Below are positions 19,159 through 28,817 of a stretch of DNA of 64,000 nt, piece after piece (positions within the stretch are counted from its first letter, which is position 1; each line of letters begins with the position of its first letter). Below the pieces are notes generated by a model. It was not told where the DNA came from and made no database searches. It saw only the letters and a program-made list of their open reading frames with translations. Origin of the DNA: Nitrososphaerota archaeon (lineage in GTDB: Archaea; Thermoproteota; Nitrososphaeria; Nitrososphaerales; JACPRH01). A program made the translations under genes and the position numbers. Location of the stretch: assembly GCA_023379805.1 (NCBI GenBank), contig JAMCPI010000016.1, positions 8,514-72,513 on the forward strand, given 5' to 3'.

Positions 19159-20444
19159 AGGTCAAGATTAAGCCATCCAAACTGCAAGGTAGTCTAACTG
19201 CGCCGCCTAGCAAAAGCTACACCCATCGCGCTGTGCTATTGGCAAGCCTCTGCAACGGAAGCTCAACCGTAATCAATCCCCTAATCTCAAGAGACACTCA
19301 AGCCACGATCGACGCCTGCAGAGCCCTAGGTGCATCGATCTCAGGTGAGGAGAAGATGGGCGTTAAAGGACGGTTACCGCTAGCAGTACCCAGCAATGTA
19401 GTCAATGTTGAGAACTCTGGAACAACTCTCCGGCTGATGACAAGCGCTGCAGCACTAACCGAGAAAGGCTACACCGTGTTCACAGGCGATGAAAGCGTTA
19501 GGCAGAGACCGATGCAACCACTCTTAGATGCGCTTCACAAGATTGGGGTAAGAAGCTGGTCGCTTAGGCTGAACGGCTGCGCCCCTGTTATCGTCGAGGG
19601 AGGCGGAATACAAGGTGGGGAGGTTACAATACCGGGAAGCATCTCTTCGCAGTTCATCTCCTCACTTCTAATTTCATCTGCAATGGCGAACAAAGAGACA
19701 GTAGTTAAGATAGAAGGTAAACTGGTCTCTAGACCTTACCTTGACGCGACACTGAAGATGATGGAGATATTCGGCGGCAAAGTGTCTGGAAAAAATACGG
19801 GTATCTTCAGGATACCTGCACGGCAACGATACGCATCGACCTCGTTCAGAGTCCCCGGCGACTTCAGCTCAGGCTCCTTCGCGTTAGCCGGCGGTGCACT
19901 GAGCGGCGGCAAGGTTTCTGTCGACGGCTTCGACTTTACCCTTCCGCAGGGTGACGGGGTGATTGTGGATATCCTGAAGAAGATGGGTGCAGCCGTCACG
20001 GTCGATATCAAACAGGGACGAATCGGGGTTAAAGGTGGAAACAGCCTAGGCGGAGGCAGATTTGACCTCTCAGATACCCCTGATCTGCTCCCTGTTGTCG
20101 CGGTGCTGGGTTGCCGGAGCGAAGGCGAGGTTCTGATAACCGGAGTCAAACACGCTAGGTTCAAGGAAACTGACAGAATCGCGGTGTTAGCTGAGGAGCT
20201 TCCGAAGCTAGGTGTTCAAGTGGAGGAGCTGGACGACGGTCTAAAAATAACTGGGGCTCGTCGCTTCAAGAAATGTACCCTCAATTCTCATGACGATCAC
20301 CGTATGGCAATGATATTTGCTATAGCCGGCTTCGCATCTGAAGAAGGCTGCGTGATAGAGGGTTTCGAATCGGTGGACGTCTCCTACCCTACATTCAGAG
20401 AAGATATACAGGCGCTAGGCGGCAAGATTGAGGCGATCGAGTAA
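19155..20444 (+). CDS. aroA: 3-phosphoshikimate 1-carboxyvinyltransferase (EPSP synthase)
   Basis: 429 aa. PPSKSYTHRA, NSGTTLRL, DHRMAM. 4-nt overlap with the upstream gene. Confidence 0.9.
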   Translation: MKVKIKPSKLQGSLTAPPSKSYTHRAVLLASLCNGSSTVINPLISRDTQATIDACRALGASISGEEKMGVKGRLPLAVPSNVVNVENSGTTLRLMTSAAALTEKGYTVFTGDESVRQRPMQPLLDALHKIGVRSWSLRLNGCAPVIVEGGGIQGGEVTIPGSISSQFISSLLISSAMANKETVVKIEGKLVSRPYLDATLKMMEIFGGKVSGKNTGIFRIPARQRYASTSFRVPGDFSSGSFALAGGALSGGKVSVDGFDFTLPQGDGVIVDILKKMGAAVTVDIKQGRIGVKGGNSLGGGRFDLSDTPDLLPVVAVLGCRSEGEVLITGVKHARFKETDRIAVLAEELPKLGVQVEELDDGLKITGARRFKKCTLNSHDDHRMAMIFAIAGFASEEGCVIEGFESVDVSYPTFREDIQALGGKIEAIE

Positions 20445-21547
20445 TGGCTGGAAACATCTTGGGCGAACGGTTCGTGCTAGTAAGCTTCGGAGAAAGCCAT
20501 GGCAAGGCCGTCGGAGCTGTTGTAGACGGATGCCCAGCCGGACTACCTCTAACCGAAGATGACATTCAACGTGAACTTGATCTCAGACGACCCGGAACCT
20601 CTCCAGTAGCAACCCCTAGAACTGAAGCAGACAAGGTGGAGATACTATCAGGTGTCTTCAACGGCCACACTGAAGGAAGCCCAATCTGCCTAATAACCAG
20701 AAATACGGACATAGACTCACGACCCTACGAGAAGATCAGGAACCTGCCGAGACCCGGCCATGCGGACTATGTTGCCCGAATGAAGTACGGTGGCTTCAAC
20801 GATTACCGGGGAGGTGGCCGCTTCTCAGCGCGAAGAACAACGGCTTACGTCATGGGTGGAGCAGTCGCGAAGAAGCTGCTTCTCAAGACACTTGGAACCA
20901 AGATAGTTGCGTACACCGTCGAAATCGGCGGAGTCAAAGCGGAGTCAGTCAAATTTGAACAGGCTGAAGCGCATCGCTACGACAACGAAGTTAGATGTCC
21001 CGATACTGTTGCTGCTGAATCTATGAAGCGCAGAATCATGGACGTGAAGGGGAATGGAGACAGCGTCGGCGGCATAGTTGAGTGCGTTGCACAGGGAGTA
21101 CCCCTAGGACTGGGTGAGCCCTGCTTCTCAGCGCTGGACTCAGATCTGGCGCGAGCAATGCTTTCGCTTCCAGCAGCTAAAGGCGTCGACTTCGGCTCAG
21201 GCTTCGAGGGCTCTAAACTGCTCGGCTCAGAAAACAACGATCCTCTAACGGTGAACAGAGAGGGACGGGTTGTTCCGACATCCAATAACGCCGGAGGCAT
21301 ACTAGGTGGTCTTTCAAGCGGTATGCCGATCGTGCTGCGAGTTGCCTTCAAACCTGTATCCTCAATAGCTAAGCCCCAGCGAACAGTGAATCTGGAGACG
21401 ATGCGTGAAGATGATCTGATAGTGCCCGGTAGACACGATCCCTGTGTTGTTCCTCGAGTTATCCCTATCGTGGAGTCTCTTGTGGCCGCTGTGCTCGCTG
21501 ATCACGCTTTGCGCGCCCAGATGATCCCGCCTGTCCTCAGGGGCTGA
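20444..21547 (+). CDS. aroC: chorismate synthase
   Basis: 367 aa. FGESHGKAVGAVVDGCPAG, RPGHADY, GGGRFSARRT, GRHDPCV. The start overlaps the aroA stop by 1 nt. Confidence 0.95.
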   Translation: MAGNILGERFVLVSFGESHGKAVGAVVDGCPAGLPLTEDDIQRELDLRRPGTSPVATPRTEADKVEILSGVFNGHTEGSPICLITRNTDIDSRPYEKIRNLPRPGHADYVARMKYGGFNDYRGGGRFSARRTTAYVMGGAVAKKLLLKTLGTKIVAYTVEIGGVKAESVKFEQAEAHRYDNEVRCPDTVAAESMKRRIMDVKGNGDSVGGIVECVAQGVPLGLGEPCFSALDSDLARAMLSLPAAKGVDFGSGFEGSKLLGSENNDPLTVNREGRVVPTSNNAGGILGGLSSGMPIVLRVAFKPVSSIAKPQRTVNLETMREDDLIVPGRHDPCVVPRVIPIVESLVAAVLADHALRAQMIPPVLRG

Positions 21548-21551
21548 ATAT

Positions 21552-22961
21552 GTGAAAGTGACCGGGAAAGAAGAAGAGGAGGAATCGTTGACAGGTGTTA
21601 GACGCGAAATTCAACGAGTTACAGAGGAGATTCTCAAGCTAACTGCGGAGCGGATGCGGCTGAGCAGAGAAGTAGGTCGCATCAAAGAAGCAAAGAGGCT
21701 GCCTGTAGAAGACATCGCAGTTGAGAACCGGCTCCGCGCAGCAGTTAAAGAAAAAAGCCTTGAACTGGGCGTAGACCAAGACTTTGCTCTCCGCCTCCTA
21801 AACCTGCTGATTGCTCAATCGGTCGATGTTCAACGAGACACAGTCACAAAAAGTGATGTCTCACCAACCGCAATCAGCCAATGGGCGAGACGGCTAGAGA
21901 TAAAAGGCCGAACAATCATTCATCTCGAAACTGGAGAACCTGACTTTCCCACCCCTAAACCGGTAGTGGAGGCGCTGAAAACTGCTGTGAATGAGGGCCG
22001 CACAGGATACAACGATGCAGCAGGCGTTCAACCTCTGAGAGAGGCGGTGGCGGAGCATCTAAACCGGAAGCTCGGCACCGGCCTAACCGCTGATGAAGTT
22101 CTAATTACACACGGAGCGCGCTTCGGGCTTTACCTAGCATTATCAGTCACCTTGAAGCCGGGCGGCGGAGCACTCCTCTTTGAACCATCCTATCCAGCCT
22201 ACAGACGAATAGTAGACCTGTTCGAGGGGCGACCAATCGCGGTTCGCACCATCCTTGAGAACAATTGGACACCTGACATAAGTACTGTCAAAGAGGCTCT
22301 TGACGAGCGCCCAGACGTAACGATCCTGAATTACCCTAGCAACCCAACAGGCAAAATCCTAGATAACAACACTTTTCAGGCAGTTTTTGAGCGTGCAGCG
22401 AGAAATGACGTACCAGTGATTAGTGATGAAGTGTACCGTGACTACTCTTTCAAACCGTGCCCAAGCGTCTTGGAGTACCCAGGCTGCAGATCAATAATGC
22501 TCTCATCTTTCTCCAAGAGCTACAGCATGACCGGCTTCCGAATCGGGTACGCCGTCGCCTCGAAGGAGGATGTTGCGCGGATGAGCCGCCTGCAGGGCTT
22601 AGCGTTAACCTGTATCCCAGAGTTCATCCAGCGCGCAGCCATCAAAGCACTCGAATGCGAGAAGGAGCTGACAGCTAACGTCGAGAAGATGCGTAGACGC
22701 GTCAAGTACGCCGCTAAACTGCTAGACAATCTTCCAGCCACCTGCTACCTACCTGACGGTGGGCTCTACCTCTTCCTCAGGATTGATAAACCGGGCTTCG
22801 ACAGCGAGAAATACGCCTCCAGTCTTCTTGAGAAGCACAGCGTCGCAGTAACACCTGGAACCGCCTTCGGAAACTACCGCAACTACCTCAGAATCTCGCT
22901 TTGCCAGCCTGAAGAACAGTTGAAAGAAGCCTTCGGGAAAATGGAGGAGACCTTGAATTGA
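21552..22961 (+). CDS. chorismate mutase (AroQ-type, N-terminal ~95 aa) fused to a class I PLP aminotransferase
   Basis: 469 aa. The N-terminal part LTGVRREIQRVTEEILKLTAERMRLSREVGRIKEAKRLPVEDIAVENR... is AroQ helix-bundle-like. The rest has GEPDFPTP, NYPSNPTG and SFSKSYSMTGFRIGY (PLP-lysine block). Confidence 0.8.
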   Translation: MKVTGKEEEEESLTGVRREIQRVTEEILKLTAERMRLSREVGRIKEAKRLPVEDIAVENRLRAAVKEKSLELGVDQDFALRLLNLLIAQSVDVQRDTVTKSDVSPTAISQWARRLEIKGRTIIHLETGEPDFPTPKPVVEALKTAVNEGRTGYNDAAGVQPLREAVAEHLNRKLGTGLTADEVLITHGARFGLYLALSVTLKPGGGALLFEPSYPAYRRIVDLFEGRPIAVRTILENNWTPDISTVKEALDERPDVTILNYPSNPTGKILDNNTFQAVFERAARNDVPVISDEVYRDYSFKPCPSVLEYPGCRSIMLSSFSKSYSMTGFRIGYAVASKEDVARMSRLQGLALTCIPEFIQRAAIKALECEKELTANVEKMRRRVKYAAKLLDNLPATCYLPDGGLYLFLRIDKPGFDSEKYASSLLEKHSVAVTPGTAFGNYRNYLRISLCQPEEQLKEAFGKMEETLN

Positions 22962-23827
22962 AGGTTGCAGTAATAGGCGCAGCGGGACGTATGGGTCGCT
23001 GGTTCACTGGCTACTTCACTGAGAAGAAGATGGAGACCACCATCTACGACATTGACACTAAACACGCGGAGGAGACTGCGGCAGCCTACAAGGCTAGGTT
23101 GGCGAAAGATCTGAACAGCGCAGTTGCAGACGCTGATGTCATAATCGTCTCGGTACCTATCTCCGCCACATCAGATATCGTCTCTCAGGTGTTGAAGATA
23201 GCTAAACGGGGAGCAGTCGTGGCGGAGATTACATCATTCAAGCAGAGCATCCTTCCCAGTCTGAAGCAGGTGAAAAGAAGCGACGTCAAGATACTGTCGA
23301 TTCACCCAATGTTCGGGCACGGCGCAAAAAGCCTATCAGGCCATCGTATTGTCATTGTTCCGCTTAGAGACGCTGCAGAAGAGGCTGATTTGACCCGAAA
23401 ACTCTTCCCAGAGGCTGAGGTAATCTCAGCATCAGCTGAAGCGCATGACTCAGCAATGGCCACAGTCCTCTCTCTCACTCACTTCACTAACCTAGCCTTC
23501 GCAGCAGCCCTCCCTGACGATGGTATCGAAAAGATCAGGCAGCTATCAGGAACCTCATTCAACATGCAGATGACGCTGGCGGAGTCAATTCTGCAGGACG
23601 ACCCGGAGTTTCTAGCCGCTCTTCAAGTCGACGGCAAAAACACGTCTGTGTTAATTGGGCGCCTAGTGCAGGAAGCTGAGGCGCTGCTAGCACTAGTAGA
23701 AGGCAAGAATAAGCGTGAACTCGCTGCCAAGATAAGAAGCCTGCAGCAGAAGATGAAGAAGGATCCTGAATTCGAAAAGGCTTACAAGAAAATGTACGAC
23801 ATAATGGACATCCTTCTCGAAAGCTGA
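22958..23827 (+). CDS. tyrA: prephenate/arogenate dehydrogenase
   Basis: 289 aa. Rossmann MKVAVIGAAGRMGRW, then SIHPMFG and the ...LTHF... block. 4-nt overlap with the fusion gene. Confidence 0.85.
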   Translation: MKVAVIGAAGRMGRWFTGYFTEKKMETTIYDIDTKHAEETAAAYKARLAKDLNSAVADADVIIVSVPISATSDIVSQVLKIAKRGAVVAEITSFKQSILPSLKQVKRSDVKILSIHPMFGHGAKSLSGHRIVIVPLRDAAEEADLTRKLFPEAEVISASAEAHDSAMATVLSLTHFTNLAFAAALPDDGIEKIRQLSGTSFNMQMTLAESILQDDPEFLAALQVDGKNTSVLIGRLVQEAEALLALVEGKNKRELAAKIRSLQQKMKKDPEFEKAYKKMYDIMDILLES

Positions 23828-23832
23828 TACAA

Positions 23833-24378
23833 ATGATTCCGCGCGTCATAATACCTGTTTGGCTTGGTCTAATCATAGAGCTGGTAGGCATATTCTTAGG
23901 CGTCGTGTTTCTAACGCAGGCAACTCCCGCCAACCCGCTGCTGATCAACCTAATCCTACTAGGAATAGCATTCCTAATGTTCTGGTACTTTCCGCACTCG
24001 CTCTCACACTACATAGTTGGCAGACTTCTAGGCATACGGTTCAACCACTACTATCTGCACGTCTCGGGGATGAGCCGCATCGACAACTCATTCCTAGCAT
24101 GGACTGGAAGGTTGATGCCGATGTTAGGAGTCAAGGCTGACAGAAGTAGCCTACGCAACGTAACACCGGATAGGCGGGCAGCTATGTATGGTGCCGGCGT
24201 GACAGTTTCAATGATAGCGCCGGTAATCTGCATTTATGTCGCCTTCGCAATCGGAGCGCCCTACATAGGGCTCCTGCTCACAGCAGTCCTTGTCGGAAAC
24301 GGGCTGTTCACAGTCTATTTTAGTGGAAAGGTGGGTGACATATCTAAAGCAACTAAAGCCCGCTTCTCCAAGCAATAG
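23833..24378 (+). CDS. hypothetical membrane protein
   Basis: 181 aa with about 5 hydrophobic segments. No family recognised. Confidence 0.5.
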   Translation: MIPRVIIPVWLGLIIELVGIFLGVVFLTQATPANPLLINLILLGIAFLMFWYFPHSLSHYIVGRLLGIRFNHYYLHVSGMSRIDNSFLAWTGRLMPMLGVKADRSSLRNVTPDRRAAMYGAGVTVSMIAPVICIYVAFAIGAPYIGLLLTAVLVGNGLFTVYFSGKVGDISKATKARFSKQ

Positions 24379-24399
24379 TTTGGCTTTGTTTTTGCTTAC

Positions 24400-24687
24400 T
24401 CAGAGTCTTAAGCCGAATGACTCTGCGAACGTCTCAAACTGGGAGTACGCGCTCAGAAACTCTTCGCCTTTACCGCTTATCCTGTATTTCTGAACCTTGC
24501 CTTTAGTGGCTTCGTCAAGCAGTCCTGCGGTAACCAGTTCGCGTAGGAGCTTCGCCAACCTGTTGTAAGGCAGGTTTGCGCTTCTGATTATCATTGTGAC
24601 GCCGGCGCCGCCCTCATCGTTGTAGCCGTACTCTTTTGTGGCCTTCAGGATGTCTGCGATGATTTTAACCTGAGTTCTGTATATCAT
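24400..24687 (-). CDS. small winged-helix DNA-binding protein
   Basis: 95 aa. YRTQVKIIADILKA...LPYNRLAKLLRELVTAGLL...KYRISGKGEEFL is a wHTH pattern. It is a paralog of 51876..52226. Confidence 0.6.
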   Translation of the reverse strand: MIYRTQVKIIADILKATKEYGYNDEGGAGVTMIIRSANLPYNRLAKLLRELVTAGLLDEATKGKVQKYRISGKGEEFLSAYSQFETFAESFGLRL

Positions 24688-24689
24688 GC

Positions 24690-25352
24690 TTAGCGACCGC
24701 CTCCGAGCGTGACGTACTTCACCACAGGAATGTAAAGCGTCGAGAAGCCTATGACCTTTATCACCAGTGAAGTTAGGAGAATTATCGTAGCGGTCGGATA
24801 CAGGAAGCTAGCCCACCTCACAAACTCTGCTGAAGCAATCATTCCAAGTCCGACTGCAATCCCCAATGTCTCAAAGCGTCGATCTCTCATATACGCTAGA
24901 ACAGTCTCGATTAAACCGTAGAGGAGAAAGTAAAGTGAGATAGACTTTAACGCGTCAACCGGTGTAATATCTGGCAGTGCTAGTGCAGGAAGACCTATTC
25001 CAACCATTCTCCTCGCATTCATCATATGCGAGAACGCCAAGAAGAAGTAGCCTGCTGTCTCAAGAAAAGACGCTGCTACAACCAGCACAGAAATGGCTAG
25101 TGTAACATAAGGTAGCACACCGATGTTCGCTAACCCAATTATGCCTGAAAGAGCAAATCCGCCGCCCAACAGAATAAACGAGAGCGTGAGCCTAAGCATC
25201 GTTGGGCTGCTTGTATCCTTGTAGCCGCGGTACGAGACGTAGGCTACAGAGAAACCAATAAAGGCTCCTACAAGCTGGAGGAAGTCTTCAAACACCACTA
25301 GACTGCCTTCCGAAAGCAATTTACCGATCCAGAAGAGAAACGACTGTAGCAT
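24690..25352 (-). CDS. hypothetical polytopic membrane protein
   Basis: 220 aa with 6-7 TM segments. There is a 2-nt gap to the downstream wHTH gene, so it is probably co-transcribed. Confidence 0.55.
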   Translation of the reverse strand: MLQSFLFWIGKLLSEGSLVVFEDFLQLVGAFIGFSVAYVSYRGYKDTSSPTMLRLTLSFILLGGGFALSGIIGLANIGVLPYVTLAISVLVVAASFLETAGYFFLAFSHMMNARRMVGIGLPALALPDITPVDALKSISLYFLLYGLIETVLAYMRDRRFETLGIAVGLGMIASAEFVRWASFLYPTATIILLTSLVIKVIGFSTLYIPVVKYVTLGGGR

Positions 25353-25398
25353 ATAAAAGGCTTTTTAGTCTATTCGATAAGACAGTCGGGTCAATTTT

Positions 25399-27453
25399 TT
25401 ATATTATATAATTTTTATGTTTTTCGGCTCTATGGATTTTCCCTTCTATTTTTCCATTTGCGATAATTTTACCGGTTTCGGCTGTTGCCTCTAATCCGGG
25501 CATTTTTTGTCGGAGATCCGCTTGAAACTCCTTCGACCTAAGCACTTCAAGGAACCGTTTCACCACATCCTTACTGGAGCTGCTCACGGGGATTAGGAAG
25601 TCGTACATCTCGTCTGCCACAGGGATGAAGTCTAGCCCGTAGAAGTACGCCACCGTCCGGATTCCTAGTCCAACATCCGCCCGTCTCTGCGCAACAGCCG
25701 CCGCCACCGCGGAGTGAGACTTGGCCTCTACATCGTATCCCTGGATCCGACGTTTCACCTCGTCAAAACTGATGTCTTCAGACTCTGCTAGTTTCTTCAG
25801 ACGGATATCTGCTAGAACTCTTGTTCCTGCGCCGAGGTTCCGGTTAATGTAGATTACATCGCTTCGAAGCAGGTCTTTAAAGTCCTGTATCTTCTTGGGA
25901 TTCCCCTTGGCTACTATCAGCCCCTGCTCACGATTATATCCTCGCACCAGCAGCGCCCGACCCTTCAAACCGAAGTGTGCAATGAACGGTACGTTGTACT
26001 CGCCTGAGGCTTCGTCGAGAAGATGAACCCCCGCGATATCCGCCTCTCCCCGCTCAACCGCTCTAAAACCTCCGACTGAGCCGTTGTTCACCACCTTGTA
26101 GGTAAGGTTCGGAGATGTGTCTCGTAGTCGCTGTAGAAGTAGATCGACGCCGGTGCAGTGACTTCCCATGAAAATCAGGTCAGCCGGGCGAAGCTCGGAG
26201 CTGAGCAGCCTTACATTGACCTTCTCCCCTTCGTCGAGAAACTCCTGATTCTTCGGAATATCGATGTATCCATCAGCCAACGCCAAAGAGCTGATGGCTC
26301 CTGAGCCCAGTCCAACCGGATAGACCACATATCCTCGTCTGGACGATATCAGGTGAACCGGAAGCAGCTCCCGTCTACCCTTCTCAGAAAAGATTCTACC
26401 TGCAGTTCTAGCCTCAACCAACGGCGCTTCCCGCGTCTCCGGTAGACCTGCCATTCGCCGTACAATTGGTACCACGACTAAATGGAATATCATTAACGCA
26501 GATGTCGGATAGCCCGGTAAACCAATGATAGGCTTACTATTTACTGCAGCGATAATGGTTGGTTTTCCAGGCTTCACACTCAACCCGTGAACCAGGATGC
26601 CTGGTGAACCCATATCCCCGATAATGCGGTACAGGATGTCTCCTGCGCCCGCGGATGTGCTTCCAGACGTAAGGATGAGATCAGCCTGTTGAAGCGCGTC
26701 GGTGACAGTCTGCTTAATCGTCTTAGGATCGTCCCTCACTATGCGCGGCTCAAGCGGGACTCCGCCGTTCTCCAAGATTGAAGCAGATATACTGCTAGAA
26801 TTGATATCGTATATCTGGGCTTGACCCAGCTTCTCACCGGGTTGAACTAACTCGTTACCTGTCGAGATGACAGCCACCCTAGGCTTCCGGTAAACCTTGA
26901 TACTCTTATGCCCAACCGCCGCCAGGACACCAACCTCTCTAGGCGATACTCTCTGTCCGCGTCGCAGAACTAGCTCGCCGGTCATAATGTCGCTTCCAGC
27001 AGACATAACGTTCTCACCAGGGGAAACCGCCTTAAACACATTGAGGGTATCTCCGTTGGACTGAGTGTACTCAACCATTACCACAGCGTTAGCGCCACGC
27101 GGCATATCTGCGCCGGTTCCTACTTCTACAGCCTCTCCTGACCTGACCTGACTGACAGATTTATCCCCGGGTTGAGAAACACCAGTTAATCGTAGTTTGA
27201 TAGGGCTGTCCTCCTTGGCTTCAAAGGTATCTGAAGCCTTGACCGCGTACCCATCCATAGTCACACGATCAAAACCCGGTACATCAACGGATGAGACAAC
27301 ATCTTGGGCGAGGACGCGGCCATACGCTTCAAGCAGCGAAACCTCCTCCGCACCTACTGGCTCAATCCTGCAGTAATCCTCTAGTTTGCTAAGCGCCTCC
27401 TCAGCAGAGGTTAGCGTTTTGAAAATTTTACGCCCAGACAACGTATAACTCAC
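25399..27453 (-). CDS. moeA: molybdopterin molybdenumtransferase MoeA fused to a C-terminal periplasmic-binding-protein-like domain
   Basis: 684 aa. MoeA blocks (RVTMDGYAV, ISTGNEL, TSGSTSAGAGD, GLPGYPTSA) are followed by about 270 aa with a PBP-like pattern (IFMGSHCTG...GVHLLD...). Confidence 0.85.
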   Translation of the reverse strand: MSYTLSGRKIFKTLTSAEEALSKLEDYCRIEPVGAEEVSLLEAYGRVLAQDVVSSVDVPGFDRVTMDGYAVKASDTFEAKEDSPIKLRLTGVSQPGDKSVSQVRSGEAVEVGTGADMPRGANAVVMVEYTQSNGDTLNVFKAVSPGENVMSAGSDIMTGELVLRRGQRVSPREVGVLAAVGHKSIKVYRKPRVAVISTGNELVQPGEKLGQAQIYDINSSSISASILENGGVPLEPRIVRDDPKTIKQTVTDALQQADLILTSGSTSAGAGDILYRIIGDMGSPGILVHGLSVKPGKPTIIAAVNSKPIIGLPGYPTSALMIFHLVVVPIVRRMAGLPETREAPLVEARTAGRIFSEKGRRELLPVHLISSRRGYVVYPVGLGSGAISSLALADGYIDIPKNQEFLDEGEKVNVRLLSSELRPADLIFMGSHCTGVDLLLQRLRDTSPNLTYKVVNNGSVGGFRAVERGEADIAGVHLLDEASGEYNVPFIAHFGLKGRALLVRGYNREQGLIVAKGNPKKIQDFKDLLRSDVIYINRNLGAGTRVLADIRLKKLAESEDISFDEVKRRIQGYDVEAKSHSAVAAAVAQRRADVGLGIRTVAYFYGLDFIPVADEMYDFLIPVSSSSKDVVKRFLEVLRSKEFQADLRQKMPGLEATAETGKIIANGKIEGKIHRAEKHKNYII

Positions 27454-28655
27454 CTAGCCCTGTTTCGCCTTACCTTCAACGGGCGGAGCAGCACAACCTC
27501 AACTTCCTCACCCTCATCCACGCCTTCACTGTCCTCAGGAATAATCAGCAAGCCATCAGCCTGCGTCAAACTCGATATAACTCCTGCGCCAGACGCCATA
27601 ATCGGCTCAGCAACCAGCCTCACCCCCTCGCCCGCACCAGCTTCCACAAGCCTTACGCGAACAAAAGTTCTCAACCCACCCGGAGCAGCCACCCGCCTAG
27701 CCATCTTGGCCAGAACCGTCGGCTCAACATCCACATCAGTACCCAAGAAACGGGCGAGCAAAGGCCTAACAATAACCCGGAACGCAAAAGCATTAGAAAC
27801 TGGGTAACCCGGAAGCGAAACAACCGGTTTCCCATCAACAACAGCAAGCCCAGTCGGATACCCTGGGCGCAGAGAGATACCGTGAACAAGCATCCCTGGC
27901 TCACCGAGAGTAGCCAAAATACCGGGCACTAAATCCCGCTCACCCACGGAAGTCCCTGCCGAGATGAGAACAACATCTGCTGAGGATAGAGCCCGCTTCA
28001 GCCGCTCCTTAATGTCTTCAGCATCATCTCTGACAATCCCGAGGTCAAACGGTTCTCCACCAGCCTCAAGCAACGCAGCCTTGATGATGTGACGATTAAT
28101 ATCGTAAATCTTGCCCTCCGTTTTCTCCTCTCCGGGATCAATTAGCTCATCCCCCGTGGAGATTACAGCAACTCGTGGTCTCATTACGACAGGAACCTCG
28201 GCTACGCCCAGCGCCGCAATAATGCCAATATCCTGTGGTCTAATCCTAGTGCCTCTCCGAACAACTATCTGTCCCTTTTTCACATCTTCACCTCTCTTCG
28301 CAACGTTTTGACCCGGCACCACCGGCTTCACAACCTGCAAACGGTTCCCGGACACTCGAGTATACTCAACCATAACAACCGCATCCACACCTCCTCTAGG
28401 CAGATACGATCCGGTCGCAACCGCTGCGGCTTCTCCCCGACCAACCTTGATGTTCGGGGTTTCACCAATTCTTACTCTACCAGTGATTCTGAGTTCAGCA
28501 GGGTTGGTTTCCGATGCGCCGAAGGTGTCTTCAGCTGTGACTGCGTAGCCATCCATCGCGGATCTGTCCGCTGACGGGATATCGGTGTTCGAGGTGAGGT
28601 CTGAAGCCAGAACTCGGTGTAAGGACTCGTCAAGAGGAATGGTTTCTCCTCTCAT
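27450..28655 (-). CDS. moeA: molybdopterin molybdenumtransferase MoeA (second paralog)
   Basis: 401 aa. RSAMDGYAV, ISTGDEL, SAGTSVGERD, SLPGYPVSN. 4-nt overlap with the downstream moeA. Family-like sequence continues upstream of the ATG (see findings). Confidence 0.85.
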   Translation of the reverse strand: MRGETIPLDESLHRVLASDLTSNTDIPSADRSAMDGYAVTAEDTFGASETNPAELRITGRVRIGETPNIKVGRGEAAAVATGSYLPRGGVDAVVMVEYTRVSGNRLQVVKPVVPGQNVAKRGEDVKKGQIVVRRGTRIRPQDIGIIAALGVAEVPVVMRPRVAVISTGDELIDPGEEKTEGKIYDINRHIIKAALLEAGGEPFDLGIVRDDAEDIKERLKRALSSADVVLISAGTSVGERDLVPGILATLGEPGMLVHGISLRPGYPTGLAVVDGKPVVSLPGYPVSNAFAFRVIVRPLLARFLGTDVDVEPTVLAKMARRVAAPGGLRTFVRVRLVEAGAGEGVRLVAEPIMASGAGVISSLTQADGLLIIPEDSEGVDEGEEVEVVLLRPLKVRRNRAR

Positions 28656-28817
28656 TTCTGGTCGTTTTAACGCCTTGAATAGAGATGTAAGGGCTTCGTC
28701 GATAGGTGTGTATTGTTTAAAGCCCTTCGTCTTGGTATCTGAGAAGACTTTGCACCTCGTTATGAAGTACCGGAGGCCTCCGTAAAAGCGTTACCGGAAT
28801 CCTAACTCCTCGGTAAT

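Noticed and set aside
17534-21351. Antisense ORFs of 120-180 aa inside aroE, the shikimate kinase gene, aroA and aroC (17534..18073, 18303..18686, 18822..19187, 19736..20164, 20977..21351)
   Set aside because: They overlap confidently identified sense genes. They are Ser/Pro/Arg-rich and have no motifs.
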